Part shown: piece after piece, positions 23,259-35,110 of the stretch
Numbering within the stretch: the stretch's first letter is position 1
How the letters are laid out: each line of letters begins with the position of its first letter
Assembly (NCBI GenBank): GCA_029953675.1
Contig: JAMWBK010000001.1
Span: forward strand, 1,240,001-1,304,000
Length of the DNA: 64,000 bases
From: Rhodosorus marinus CCMP1338
Taxonomy: Eukaryota > Plantae > Rhodophyta
Reading direction: 5' to 3'
The notes under the pieces: model-generated
Databases searched by the model: none
Told to the model about the DNA's origin: nothing
Seen by the model: the letters and a program-made list of their open reading frames with translations, nothing else
Made by a program: the position numbers and the translations under genes

Positions 23259-24099
23259 CGAAGACTTAGATGGGTTCCGAGCATGCCGAATGAATCTGGA
23301 TTTCTTCTGGATTGACTATCAGTCAATTTCTTAATACGGTGAGCAAATTTCTTGGCTTGGCAAATGGTGGAGAGGCAGAGGCAGAGACAGAGTGTGGAGG
23401 CTGGAGGGGTATCAAGAGAGACAGGATACGATGAAGGTGACACTTTTATTCATCATGTGAAAAATTTCCGTAGCGAGAGAGAAAGAGAAAGAAAGAATGT
23501 GGGGATGTGTGTGAGTGGTTATGGATTTGGAGGACGCTGGTGAGTAGAACCCATACTCTTGCAGGTGCGGGTTAGGGCACGGTCAGGTTCAATGATTGCG
23601 GGCTCCTGGCATAGCGGTAACGTATAAAGGGCTATAGATTGATAGATACTTTGGAACATGTCTCTGGACTGACCTGAACCGTTTTTGCCAGTAGCACGGA
23701 GCCGTGTTTTCTGTCGGCAACGGAAGTCACTCAGTTGCCCTATCCGAACGTTGGACTTGTTTCATGTCGTGTAGGCCACTTCAAGCTGATTGAATCTAAC
23801 TGCTCGAAAATTTACTAGCTCGCCCATCGAGGATCCTTGAGACGCCATGTACAGACTGCTGTCTGGCCAGCACTCTCAAGACTACTGGTGTGGCAAAAGC
23901 TCAGTGGGAAGGAAACACGACGAAACCCAATTCTTCGGTGCAGAAGATTTTCATTTGAGAATCTAATCTCCAACCAAGTTGAGCCATCTCCGCAAGTCCT
24001 AGCGAATCCTCAAATATTCTAACGCTTACTTCAGTACAGAGTATAGCTCCAAGGATACTGAAGAAAAGCAAAATCAACAAGAGCCGGAGACCAGATATC

Positions 24100-24480
24100 G
24101 AATGAGTTTGTTTAATCGGAGACTGAAAGAAAAAACCCCGAGGGTGAAAAAAAGACTATGGGCGGGGAAGTTCGCGCCCCTCCAACATCAGATCAGCGTT
24201 CATACGCCACAGCAAGAAACTGAAAAGGATAAATAACGAGGACAGACGGTCCGGACGTTCGAGGAACAACTCTCGAAGCCAGCGAGAACCAACGGAATCC
24301 ATAAACCTAAAGCACTCAATGACCAGAGGTACCCGGCGATGAGCTAGAGCCGAAACACGAATGTCTGGGGAAGACGAAGCCCTCGTTTATTTCAACTCCT
24401 TGCGACGTCTCATACTGCAGCGGCAAATCGAAAGCGCTCTCCCGCAGCCGGCAAATAACGACTAGCCTGAAGATTATAAT
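24100..24480 (-). mobile_element. Family B 3' remnant
   Basis: TTTAATCGGAGACTGAAAGAAAAAACCCCGAGG...AGCGAGAACCAACGGAATCCATAAACC matches the B 3' region. Confidence 0.8.
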
Positions 24481-24594
24481 CCATGCCACCGCCACGATTG
24501 GCATGGATTGGTTACTCGTATCTGCGCATTATACCCGGCGTAGCGCTTAAGTCTACGCTAGTTGTTGTTGTTGTTGCTGTGAGCCTATGCTAGT

Positions 24595-25300
24595 AGTTGA
24601 GGGTCGGTCTCACCGGTTCCAGCCATTCATTGTGGAAAGCTTTGGTCACGTCGATAAGTCGGGTTTAGAGTGGTTGCGGAAATGTTTTGTTGAGCATCCT
24701 ACTGAATATTTGGCGCTCTTGAGGCGTTTAAGTGTCTCCCTTTGGCGATATTCCAGCGACATGCTTTCCGAGGCGCGCCATCGGCGCCTGGGGTTGCATG
24801 CTTCCCTCCCTAGTTATTAGTTCATCTTCACGCCTTGCGTAGCGCGTAGTAAAACCACGTGGCGATATTTGAGCAGTAAAACCACGTGGAAAGCGCCCAT
24901 CTCACGGCTGCCGCCCGCCGCCGGGGAGCAGCGGCTTCCGCCCTTCGCCGCGTGAATGAACGACGGTATGCTGAGAGTATGCCTCGCGCTGAGGGTCGCT
25001 CCCACCGGTTCCAGCCTTTCATTGTGGAAAGCTTTGGTCACGTGGAGAAGGCGGGTTTGGATTGGTTGCGGAAATATTTTACTGAGCATCCTGTTGAATA
25101 CTTGGAACTTTTGCGGCTTTTAAGTGTCTCTCTGTGGCGACATTCGAGTAGCATGGTTTCCGAAGCGCGCCATAGGCGCCTGGGTTTGCACGCTTCCCTA
25201 CCTAGTTCTTAGTTCCTTTTCACGCCTTGCGTAGCGCTTCAGGCTATGCTAATAAAGTCCAATAAAGCAGTAAAACCATCAAATAAAGCCAGTAAAACCA
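24595..25300 (+). mobile_element. Two head-to-tail family A 3' fragments (about 24595-24845 and 24890-25300)
   Basis: Both encode FQPFIVESFGHV...LWR.SS...LHASLPS and end in TTCACGCCTTGCGTAGCGC. Confidence 0.9.
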
Positions 25301-25329
25301 TCGCCACCGCAACACAATAGCTCTTCCTA

Positions 25330-25800
25330 GCGCTTTTCTCTCTGTGGCCGATGAAGCGACAAAATCGCCGGAGCGCAAGATTAGCACTACCAAAAAAGGC
25401 ACTAAAGCTCCATCTCTGGTCGCCGAAAACATTGGCGAACCTCTCCAGGCCCGAAGCTTTCGAGTGGTGACCAACCTTTTTCCAAAGGTGAGGACTTCTC
25501 CCTCGTCGAGGGGCAGGTTGGCCAGACTCTCTACACACTGAGGCTCCCCGTCTGAAATATTGTAGCCGACACAACACCGCACCTCTGAGCTGCAGACTGA
25601 AGATGAAGTCGCCCACGTGAAGACGTTGGACGAACAGTACGATGCAATAAGGTCGAGCAAGCGAGAAAGTCAGTACGACTTATCGCCATGGAACGCGAGG
25701 ATATGATCCTCGTAGCTCTTGCATCTTGCAAAACTACAAGCGAATGTGTAGGGAGGGCTTAGATTTTCTCCAAGCAGGCACTAGACATCTCCGTGCTGGA
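25330..25800 (+). mobile_element. Possible copia gag-like remnant
   Basis: Broken frames KAPSLVAENIGEPLQ...LARLST...EDEVAHVKTLDEQYDAI...EDMILVAL loosely resemble copia gag spacing; weak. Confidence 0.3.
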
Positions 25801-26289
25801 TAAAAACGCCGAGATAGCGCTCTGGCACAACTGAATCGCATCATGTAAGAAGGGATTGCTGAGCATGCCGATCAAGTCTTAGATAGATCCTAACGTAGCA
25901 TGAGCTCCCTGGCTATCCGGTTGCGGTTTCCTTAGAGCACCTTGAGCGTGCTAGTGTCCCGGTACGGGAAGGAGCTCCCAAAGCAGGCGTGCTTTACACA
26001 AAAGTTTCTAAAAAGGGTAGCGGACAAGGAGGTCTCGGGGTATGGACTCGACTTTATAAAGTGAGCTCTTCCTGCCTTCTCTCCCTCGCTCAGCTCTTGA
26101 TAGCTCTGAACTATGTGTGGTTGATAGTACAAGTACGCCAAAGGAACAGATGGGATGACAAAAAGGAAACCTAGGACGCCTTGTTCTCGGTATTTGGTTG
26201 AGAATCCTCGTGCTTTAGTATGGGGTCCTCTCGCTAACGACCAGAAGGGCTTTGCATCTTGGTTTTGCGATTTGAGTTCAGAACTCTTT

Positions 26290-27063
26290 CTATTCGAATC
26301 CACACCTCCTCCTGCAGTCCCGAGAGATCTCTCTCATCATGGCGTCACTCCGGAACCTATCGAGTCTGCCCTGGTTGACTCTGAATATGGTCTGGAGGAG
26401 GTTGTCCGGGAAGTTGTAGATGGAGTCGGGGAAATTGACGGCTCCGGGGTCCTCGTTGCTGAGTGCTGCAAAGAATTGTGCCGGTTTGCAGCTGTTGTTA
26501 ATCTGGAAGTGCGGCAGACCCTGTGGGAAGATCGTCCCTTGTCCGGCCTTGAGAGTGTTGATGAGGGTACGGGTCTGGAACTCTGAGGGTCGTAGAAAAA
26601 CGGATTGCGGGTTTTAGGTGGAGGTACTGGAAGCGAGGTTTCCTGATGTTTTTCTTACCCTCAGTGAATCCGACGACGAACTTGCTGCCCTTGATGAGGT
26701 AGAGGAACTCGGTCGCACGGGGGTGATTGTGTGGGTTGTTCACTACGATCGAGAAAAAAAACAGAGATTCAGAAGATTCTCAGATTCGAGTGCGTTACCA
26801 TGTCTATGTGTGCAGCACATACTTCCACATGGCTCAATGTTAACCAGAGCAGCAGCAACGCCCTGCTTCTTCAATACCGGGAAGGTGTTGAGGAAAGCTG
26901 GGATCAGGGTAGTTCCAATACCGTTCTGCAGCATCGGTCCCTCACTAAAGTCAAACACAAAGTCCTTCTCGGAGAATTCCTGACGCTTCTCGAGCTCAGT
27001 CAACGAACTTCCCGCCAACGCCAGTCCCACCAGAACCGCCACAACGCTCACAATCTTCATCAT
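26290..27063 (-). CDS. Germin/spherulin-like cupin, copy 3 (exons 27063-26823, 26742-26659, 26582-26290)
   Basis: Exons 241/84/293 nt; introns 80 and 76 nt. Intron 2 is not a multiple of 3, which supports its being spliced. Ends ...DCRRRCGFE*. Confidence 0.92.
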
Positions 27064-28164
27064 CTTGCTTTAATCTATTGATCTTTTAATCTCTTTTCCG
27101 CTTCTCTGCTGCTTGCTTTGTTGAATGATTCATCCAGACGATTCCATTCCGTCTCTTCTCGGAATCGCTCTCTTTATAGTCTTCATAGCGAGATCCTCGA
27201 GTTACTCAGAGCATCTGGAAACCCGCGTACACGGTCGTGATGTCCTACCTAGAACACAGATTATGAGTTGAGAGGTCTCGAACTGCTATAGTGCTTTCTT
27301 CTCACATTTCTCATGTTTTGTACGGTGAGGTCTGAGGCCTACGTTATCCCCAAATTAGACTGTCAGGGTGGCGGTATTCTTTGCAATGCAAGTGGTGCGT
27401 ATGTACTATAGTAGAAGTACCTCCCCGAATTCGTGGAACGGTGGACGGACGCTCTACTACGGCTTACTGTTGCCGGGGTGTACTTGTGCTTGGCAGATGG
27501 ATACAATCCGTCGCTCCCCATTCTTAGGGCAATTTACGTAGAGATAAAAAAATGCATCGTATACATGGCGAAAGTCAACAAAAAAAACCCGTCAGGACAA
27601 TCTAACTTGTTGGGGAGGTTCTTCTGCCCAAAGAATTCATTCCGAGTTTTACCAATCCATGGCGACATTCGCCCCCTGTCCTCGCCGGAGAGCAGAACAA
27701 TCCCCGCCCTCTAAAATGCTCTCTAGACCCTCAGATCGGAGACGTACTCAATACTTTGGGCAAAGAATCCGATCACTCAACAGGTCAAAACTATCCATCA
27801 GCAGCCAAAACATCACACGATCCGAAATTCAGTCAAATTTATCCTAAGTCCAATCACCATTTTGTACGGTGAGCAAAAATTGTCCGCCTTGCCCCAATCC
27901 CAATAAAACTTAAACTTTAAATCCAAAACTTGTATTAGTTTGACCAATTAAAGGAAGGAAAATTCATATATGCACTTTATTTTACAGAATTATATATACT
28001 GTAAATGTATTACGAAATTAATTTAAACTTTGTATGTATAGAAACATAAATAAATCTATATACGGAATAAGAATATTTATTGTATGTTTATATTTTATTG
28101 CATGTTCAATGAAAATTGAACTTATTTCAGGGAAAATGAAGTTCCCCTATCGAAGGAATTTGTT

Positions 28165-28410
28165 TAATAGGAGACTGAAGGAAAAAAACCGCGAGGGGAA
28201 ACAAAGACTAAGCGCGGCGAAGATCGGGCGCCTCGAACATCAAAGCGGCGTTCATACGCCACAGTAAGCGACTTAAACGGGTAAACAAGGGGTACAAACG
28301 GTCAGGGCGGTCGGGGAACAATTCCCGAAGCCAACGAGAACCAACGGAATCCATAAACCCAAAGTACCCAATCAGCAGGGGTACCGGGCGATGAGCCAGA
28401 GCCGATGCAC
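28165..28410 (-). mobile_element. Family B 3' remnant
   Basis: AGACTAAGCGCGGCGAAGATCG...AACATCAAAGCGGCGTTCATACGCCACAG. Confidence 0.8.
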
Positions 28411-29019
28411 CAATACCGCATTTCTATCTGTGCTTGTTGGGCAGAATCTCTTCTGGACATTCTTTGAGGTGAAGGTTGCGCTCTATGTTTTGGGACTCCG
28501 CGATGTCATATGGGTCCGTACGACTCATCATTGAGTTTCTTTGAGTTGTTGGATAATTGTAGGTTGTAGCTGGCTTTGTTGTCTCTCTCGTAGCGGCTCC
28601 CCAGGGCATCCTTGATAGCCTCCCTCACCGAGGTGTCTTTCACCCTTTTCAAGGGGCTGCTTTGTTGTTGGACGCGCATCACTCCCGATTCTCAGGGTAT
28701 TTGGTTTCTGAACAAAGGGATGATGAAGATCATTGGTCTGTTGGTCGGAAGAGGACGACGACGACTATCTTCCTACTCACCTGACATGACCTGGCGCATT
28801 GCAGTGCCGGGTCTGTATCCTCCCGGAAAAGCACGAACTCCGTAATTTCGAGGTCAAATTGCTTCTATTCTATTTAATTTTCAATGGAGAACCGGAAAAG
28901 GTTCAGGTGGTGGTGGTTTTTACTATCAGTACGTTACGCAGGGCGTAATGCGAGCTAGAAAAGGTCTACTTCAAACTGCTGAATGCAGCACTAGGGATGC
29001 GCAAGAAAAAATCAAGCAA

Positions 29020-29345
29020 GGTTATGGAGACCCCAGATCGTGATACCCTACTCCATTCTATGGGAGCAGTGTCCGGACAATAGCATCGCTACGCAAGGCA
29101 TAGATCGCCAAGCCAGCCGTAAAATGACATAGCTATCGATTCAAATCCAATCGCAAAAGGGTTTGTGCGTCGGCTTTGTGCTCTAGATGTTCCGTAGCTT
29201 CCGTGAGGAACTCTTCTACGGGGTTAGGTACTAAAAGCAAAACTAATTCAAAGGCGACTGTGGTGAACCTCGGGTAGCACTCGCCATAGATCGACACTGA
29301 ACCGGCGTAGGAGTCAAAAATACTGGTCAGAGTTGTCAACAGACC
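29020..29345 (-). mobile_element. Family D RLE C-terminal remnant
   Basis: EFLTEATEHLEHKADAQTLLRLDLNR matches NFLKEATEHLESNADARTLVRVDLSR at 53351-53548; shared CTGGGGTCTCC downstream. Confidence 0.65.
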
Positions 29346-29389
29346 ACTCCCAAGCTTGCCTAAGCTTTCCGCAATAAAGGAGTCTGCGG

Positions 29390-29780
29390 GCTGCCCTCAC
29401 CGCACGAAAGGCTGGGCATAATCTCTCCATACCCTCGTTCTTTCAGTCTGCGAAGAATAACAGCTGCTGCACCCCGGAGAAGGGCGCCGGATGGACAGCG
29501 AGTTCCAAATATTCTGAGCGTCAGGCGGCTGCGTCCGAAACCATCAGGTAAGCAATGCGTCAGGGGGGCGTGTTCGCCGAGGCCGATCGAGACAGCTCCG
29601 GTTCGACTTTGACAGTGTAGCCAACTCGCGTAAAATAATGTTCCCCTCAAGATGCAGTTCATGCGTGTGTGGCGTTTTGTTTAGAGACCTCTCAGGAGTC
29701 CACACGAGCTCAGAAAGTGGTAGCCACAACCGTTCATACGACTCACACAGCCTCGACAAAAGGAAGGTCGGTTGGATGGT
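29390..29780 (-). mobile_element. Old family A-like knuckle/RLE remnant
   Basis: NRPSFCRGCVSRMNGCGYHFLSSCGLLRGL.TKRHTR...RVGYTVKVEPELSRS. Confidence 0.75.
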
Positions 29781-30135
29781 GCAGGTAGGGCAACAAGTGG
29801 GAAATAATTTTTTTTCTTGGCCTACACAATGGAAGCGATCGCACCCACTACTTCGGGAATGAGCTCGCGGAGATCACTGAGATAACACGGAAAGCTCTCT
29901 AGACCGGCCGTTGCAGAAAGAGTGGGGCTGAACGTTTATTCCACTGTTCTACTTCGGGTGGGAATTGGACTCTGCGCCATAACCGCATTCGTGATGAACT
30001 CGCGCGTCACCTCCGCCTGTGGCACCTTCATGATCTTCAAGTTGAGCCTTACGGGGTTTTGAGGGTAGTCGTCTTCGACCAGACATTATCGTTCGTCATC
30101 ACCGCACAGGTAAGCTGTACGTAATTGCCGGCAAG

Positions 30136-30400
30136 GTGGAATCCCCACTACGAGCCCACCTCTTCGTTCGAGCCGCATGTCAAACTGGTTGTGCCGCAGC
30201 TAACGCTGAGGCCTGGAGGCGAGCCAAATATCGGGATGCCATCGGTGACCACAATGACTTCCAATTTGTACCCTTCGCCGTCGAAGGGTTTGGACGACTG
30301 GGGCAAGCGGCCCAAGATTTCATTACCGAAACTACTGCACATCTTGACAACGCTCTTCGCTTCGGTAGTTGGAATAAACGGAAAGATTGGGACCAGATTT
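30136..30400 (+). mobile_element. Family D RLE remnant
   Basis: VESPLRAHLFVRAACQTGCAAANAEAWRRAKYRDAIGDHNDFQFVPFAVEGFGRLGQAAQDFITETTAHLD. Confidence 0.75.
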
Positions 30401-30416
30401 TCCGGGGTCTGGTCCT

Positions 30417-30655
30417 GTTTCATTGTGGAAAGCTTTGGGCATCTGGAAAATTCCAGCTTGCAGGGCTGTGGAAATGGTTTGCTGACCATCCTGTCGAATG
30501 TTTGGGACTCCTATGCCCGTGAAGTGTTGCTCTCTGGGGATATTCTGGAAGCACGTTCGTAGAGGCGCCCCATCGCCGCCTGGGTTTGTACGCTTTTCTC
30601 CCTAGTTTCTAGTTCCTTTTCACGCCCTGCGCTCCGCTTCAGTTTATGCTAGTAA
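30417..30655 (+). mobile_element. Family A 3' remnant fused behind the D remnant
   Basis: TTTCATTGTGGAAAGCTTTGG...CGCCTGGGTTTGTACGCT...TAGTTCCTTTTCACGCCCTGCG. Confidence 0.8.
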
Positions 30656-30972
30656 ATCTATTCGGACTCCGGGGTATAAAACTCGACTCGACTCCGGAAA
30701 GTCACTGGTCTTCCTGCATTCAATCCCATTGTCCCGCTAGTTTTAGAGCTGCTCTCTGCGGGGTTGATAGCAGAAGCACGCCGTAGGAACATATGGGGTG
30801 TTGAAAAAAGGAAATCTGGGACAGCAGTCCTAGTTTGGCTCTTGGTGTTTGTTTGAAAATCCCCGCGCTTTAGTATGGGGTCCCCTCGCTATCGACCAGA
30901 ATCTATTTGTTTAATCGGACCGGAAGGGCTTTGTATCCATCCTGGTTTTGCGATTTGAGTTTAGGACTCTTT

Positions 30973-31748
30973 CTATTCGAGTCCGCATCTCCTCCGGCAG
31001 TCCCTAGAGATCTCTCTCATCATGGCGTCAGTACGGAACCTATCGACTCTGCCCTGGTTGACCCTGAAGATGGTCTGGAGGAGGTTGTCCGGGAAGTTGT
31101 AGATGGAGTCGGGGAAGTTGACGGCTCCGGGGTCCTCGTTGCTGACCGCCGCAAAGAATTGAGCCGGCTCGCAGCTGTTGTTGATCTGGAAGTGAGGCAA
31201 GCCCTGCGGGAAGATCGTCCCTTGTCCGGGCTTGAGGGTGTTGATGAGAGTACGAGTTTGGAACTCTGAGGGCCATAGAAAAAATGAATTGCCGGTTAGA
31301 TGGAGGTACTGGAAGCCAGGTTTTAGTGAGTTTTTCTTACCCTCTGTGAATCCGACGACGAACTTGCTGCCCTTGATGAGGTAGAGGAACTCGGTCGCAC
31401 GGGGGTGGTTGTGCGGGTTGTTCACTACGATTGAGAAAAACACAGCGAGTCATACGACTGTCAGATTCGATTACATAGCGGTATCCGTATGCCAAACTCA
31501 GACGTACCTCCACACGGCTCAATGTTAACCAGAGCAGCACCCAAACCCTGCTTCTGCAGCACCGGGAAGGTGTTGAGGAAAGCTGGGATCAGGGTCGTTC
31601 CAATACCGTTCTGCAGCATTGGTCCCTCACTAAAGTCAAACACAAAGTCCTTCTCGGAGAATTCCTGACGCTTCTCGAGCTCAGTCAATGTGCTTCCGGC
31701 CAACGCCAGTCCCATCAGAACCGCCACAACGCTCACAATCTTCATCAT
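30973..31748 (-). CDS. Germin/spherulin-like cupin, copy 4, most divergent (exons 31748-31508, 31424-31341, 31265-30973)
   Basis: Exons 241/84/293 nt; introns 83 and 75 nt; box 1 GVNNPHNHPRATE; box 2 intact. Confidence 0.92.
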
Positions 31749-34319
31749 CTTGCTTTGGTCTATTGATTTTTTAATCTCTTTTCTGCTTCTCTGCTGCTTG
31801 CTTTGTTGAGTGATTTATCCAGATGATTCCATTCCGTTCTCTGCTCGCAATTGCTCTCTTTATAGTCATCACAGCAGCCCTACGAGGGACTCGGATGACC
31901 GGAAAAGCAAGTACACGGTTGTAGTGTCCCATATATAGCACATAATGCATGATTCTTCACGCGATTGCCATCATATCCAGGTATCCAGCTGCTACGGCGC
32001 AATGTTTCATCATTCTCATGTGTAGCACGGTGAGGTTTGAGCGCTAGGTTCTCCACAAGGTAGACCGTCAGGGTGCCGGTATCCATGCAGTGCAAGGAGT
32101 GAGTCTGTACTATAGCAGAAATATCTCCACAAGTTCATGGATCGGTGAACGGTTGTGTTAATACGGCTGACCGCTTTCGGGATGTGCTAGTGCGCATCCA
32201 GCTGAACACAATCCGTGTCTCCTGGTTTTTTGGCGGGGCTATTTTCGAGCAGGACTAAAAGTACCTCGTCGGGCATGTGGCGAAATCGAAGCCCTCCAGA
32301 AAACAAAACATCCAGACGATCTACCTTTTTGGGGAACTTTCTCTCCCGAGAGAAAACATTCGAGGTTTTCGCCTGTCCACATAATAACCTCACGTCGTTC
32401 GCCCGCCACCCACCTCAACCCTCCGCGAGAGAAAGATGTCTCCCGGCCTCTTAATTCCTCTCTCAGGACGTTGATATCAATGCATAGTCCCACTGTGAAG
32501 AGAAGCAACCCGACCACCCAACATATCCGAACTAATCCAAAGCACACAGAGCATCCCCAAAAAGACGACACTCAGTCAAACCAATCCTAAGTCCAATCAA
32601 TATTTTGCACGGCGAGCAAAACCGTCCGCTTTGCCCCAATCCCACAAACCCTCAGTATTTTAAATAAAAACATGATTACGAGTTTAATCAATTATCTAAA
32701 GTAAAAACTGAGACGTAAAATGTTATACCAAAATATAGTATCTCAACATAGTATTTAAATAGTATTATTGAGTATACGGATAAAACTTAATTAATTCTAT
32801 GTACTGAGGTAGAATTGGTAGTGTAGTTTAGTAATTTAATCGGGGTGGTTGAAATTTGAATTATTTCAGGTAATGGGTTTTCTCTTATGTACTTTTTTTT
32901 TTTTTTTTGTGTTTCTCCCTCACCGCCCTGCTTAAACCATTCGTCGCTTCCGAAGTGAGCAAGAAATTCTTCCTGATTGGGAGCAGGGTTGGAGATTAGG
33001 TATACGTTTTGGTAGATTTGTTAGGGCTGGGGTTAAGAAACTGGTAAAGATCACGTCTGAAGTTGTTTTCGGAAAGATCCAACCAGATCCTTCTGGGGGG
33101 GGGGGTGTTCTTTGTCGAAGTGTTTGGAATACTGAGCGGTGGCGAAACCCGTTGACCTTGCCCGTTAGGTTAGGGGAGGGTCTTGCTCTTGAAGACACCA
33201 ATGCGAAACAGATTATCTGGTCTAATGATCCACGAGGCCGAGGTATCTCCGCGTAGAAGCATGTACGGTGAGCATAGGTTGACCGGTCGATGTGGCGGCG
33301 CGACGCTCCAGAAGCTATTTTTCTGCGACCCAGGAGCCGAGTCTGGTTGCACTTCCGAATTTTTGCCCTCCAAAAGTTGTTTTTCTCTCTTCTTCTGTAC
33401 CTCTTAACACTGGTAAGATGTTTTCGGTGCTTACGCGCACTCCGGGGGTGCGCACATGCTAAGTCGGAAATCGCCGGGTTTTCTCTGCAGTCCGAATTGT
33501 TATTTGTGCAGAGCGCAAGGACTTCTTGCCGCCAGATTTCTGCTCACGGAATGATCTCAGGACCTCAATTCGATGTCTCAGAACTCAAGTACATGAGCAG
33601 CACAGGCACGAATCGTGAGCTTCTACGTCCGCGTTGAGGAAACATCCACGCTGCTAGATCAAATTTCCACAGCACGACTCTTGTTTGAATCATAGATATC
33701 TCTACTTCTCGTCAAATACCTAGAAGTATGAAATCTAGAACACCTCAGACCAACTATTATTTCACTATTTCAGTATAAATATCAATATGGGTTCAGTCTG
33801 ATGAACCTAGAACATGATAGAGTATTTTACCTAGCGAATCAGTAAGGGATCTCAGTCATCACTTCGAGAATGTGTTCGCCGAGATCATTGAGATCACGCG
33901 GAGAGACCCTAGGGATGAGTAGAAGGTCCGTCTCCTCAGGAGGTAAGTTCAGGGACAAGGTACACGTCTTTCAATATCAATTCCGCGGCTTGTCTAAGAG
34001 GGAAATCGGGGTCTCCCTTTCCAACGGCAGGACTTGTAGACTCGTTCCCGAAGTAGATGGGCACTGGGTAGATCCCCTTAACCTGATATTCTTGAAGTAG
34101 TGCGTCTCATTGCAGACGTGATCGGTGCAACCGGCCGTGGGCCACAAGTGCCTCCGCAGGGTAGATAGTCTCTGAAGAACGAATTGCTCTTGTTCATCTA
34201 GGCGGGTGACTGTAGTGACAACCACAGACTTTGGCTCTATGCAGCGCTAATACAAGTATAGAATGTAAGAAGCCCGCTCAACGGGGTAGTAGACTAGATT
34301 CTAAACCAACACGTTCATG

Positions 34320-35110
34320 ATCAAGGGTACCAGGCGAAGAGATAAAACCGAAGCTCGAATTCTCGGGGTAGACATAGGCCCCCGCGTATTTCACAGCTTT
34401 TGTACGGTGATGGTGTTAGCAGCAGCTCCACGGCTCTCCCTCGGCGCCGGCAGAGAACAGCCAACCTTGGGCTTGGCAAAAGCACGATCACCATATGGTG
34501 ATCGTGCTTTTATGTTGGGCGACGACTACCTTCGCACAAAAATCATGTGGTCGGCAACACAGCGCTCTGCGTGAAAGTTCGTCCGTCACGGGCAGGGGGT
34601 CCTCACGTTCAATCTCGAGGCCCGGATTTGCCTGACAATAGGCCATATTGAATAAATCGGTTAGTCAGAGAGTGAAACAGAAAAAAAACGTGGGGAAAGA
34701 AGACTAGTGAAGATGAAGATCACGCACCTCCAACATCAAAGCAGCGTCCATACGTCACAACAGGAAACTCAAACGGGTTAACAACGAGGAGAGCCGAGGG
34801 GCGCTCACGGAACAATTCGCGAAGTCAACGGGAACCACGGAATCCACAAAGCCAAGACACTCAAATACCAAGGGTACATGACGATGCGCTAAAGCCGAAG
34901 CTCGAATTCCAGCGGAAGCAAAGCCCCGGCGTACTTTGCTTCTTTGTCACTTCGCATAGCTGCAGCAGATGATCCACGGCGCTCCCCCGAAGCCGGCAGG
35001 CAACGGCTGGCCTCAGAATTGCGCACAGCAGGGTCAACGTACGTAGTTCGGTGGCAATCTTCACAGGTGCAAACGAGGTGGGCATCACGGCCCTCTTCAT
35101 TCTGGTAAGC
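34320..35110 (-). mobile_element. Two old family B RLE remnants (about 34320-34640 and 34700-35110)
   Basis: CAAGGGTAC...CCGAAGCTCGAATTC occurs twice; AHLVCTCEDCHRTTYVDPAV...ASRCLPASGERRGSSAAAMRSDKEAKYAGAL. Confidence 0.7.

Noticed and set aside
22367-23443. 358-aa ORF as a host-transposon fusion gene
   Set aside because: The N-terminal 70 aa come from a (CTCTGC)n tract and junction filler; the paralogous flank does not keep the frame.
29075-29105. GCCTTGCGTAGCG in a family D remnant as a 3' signal shared with family A
   Set aside because: It lies inside the D coding region and is not conserved in the D copy at about 53390; probably coincidental.
33000-33180. Scattered TTAGGG/TTAGG words as interstitial telomere sequence
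   Set aside because: No tandem array.
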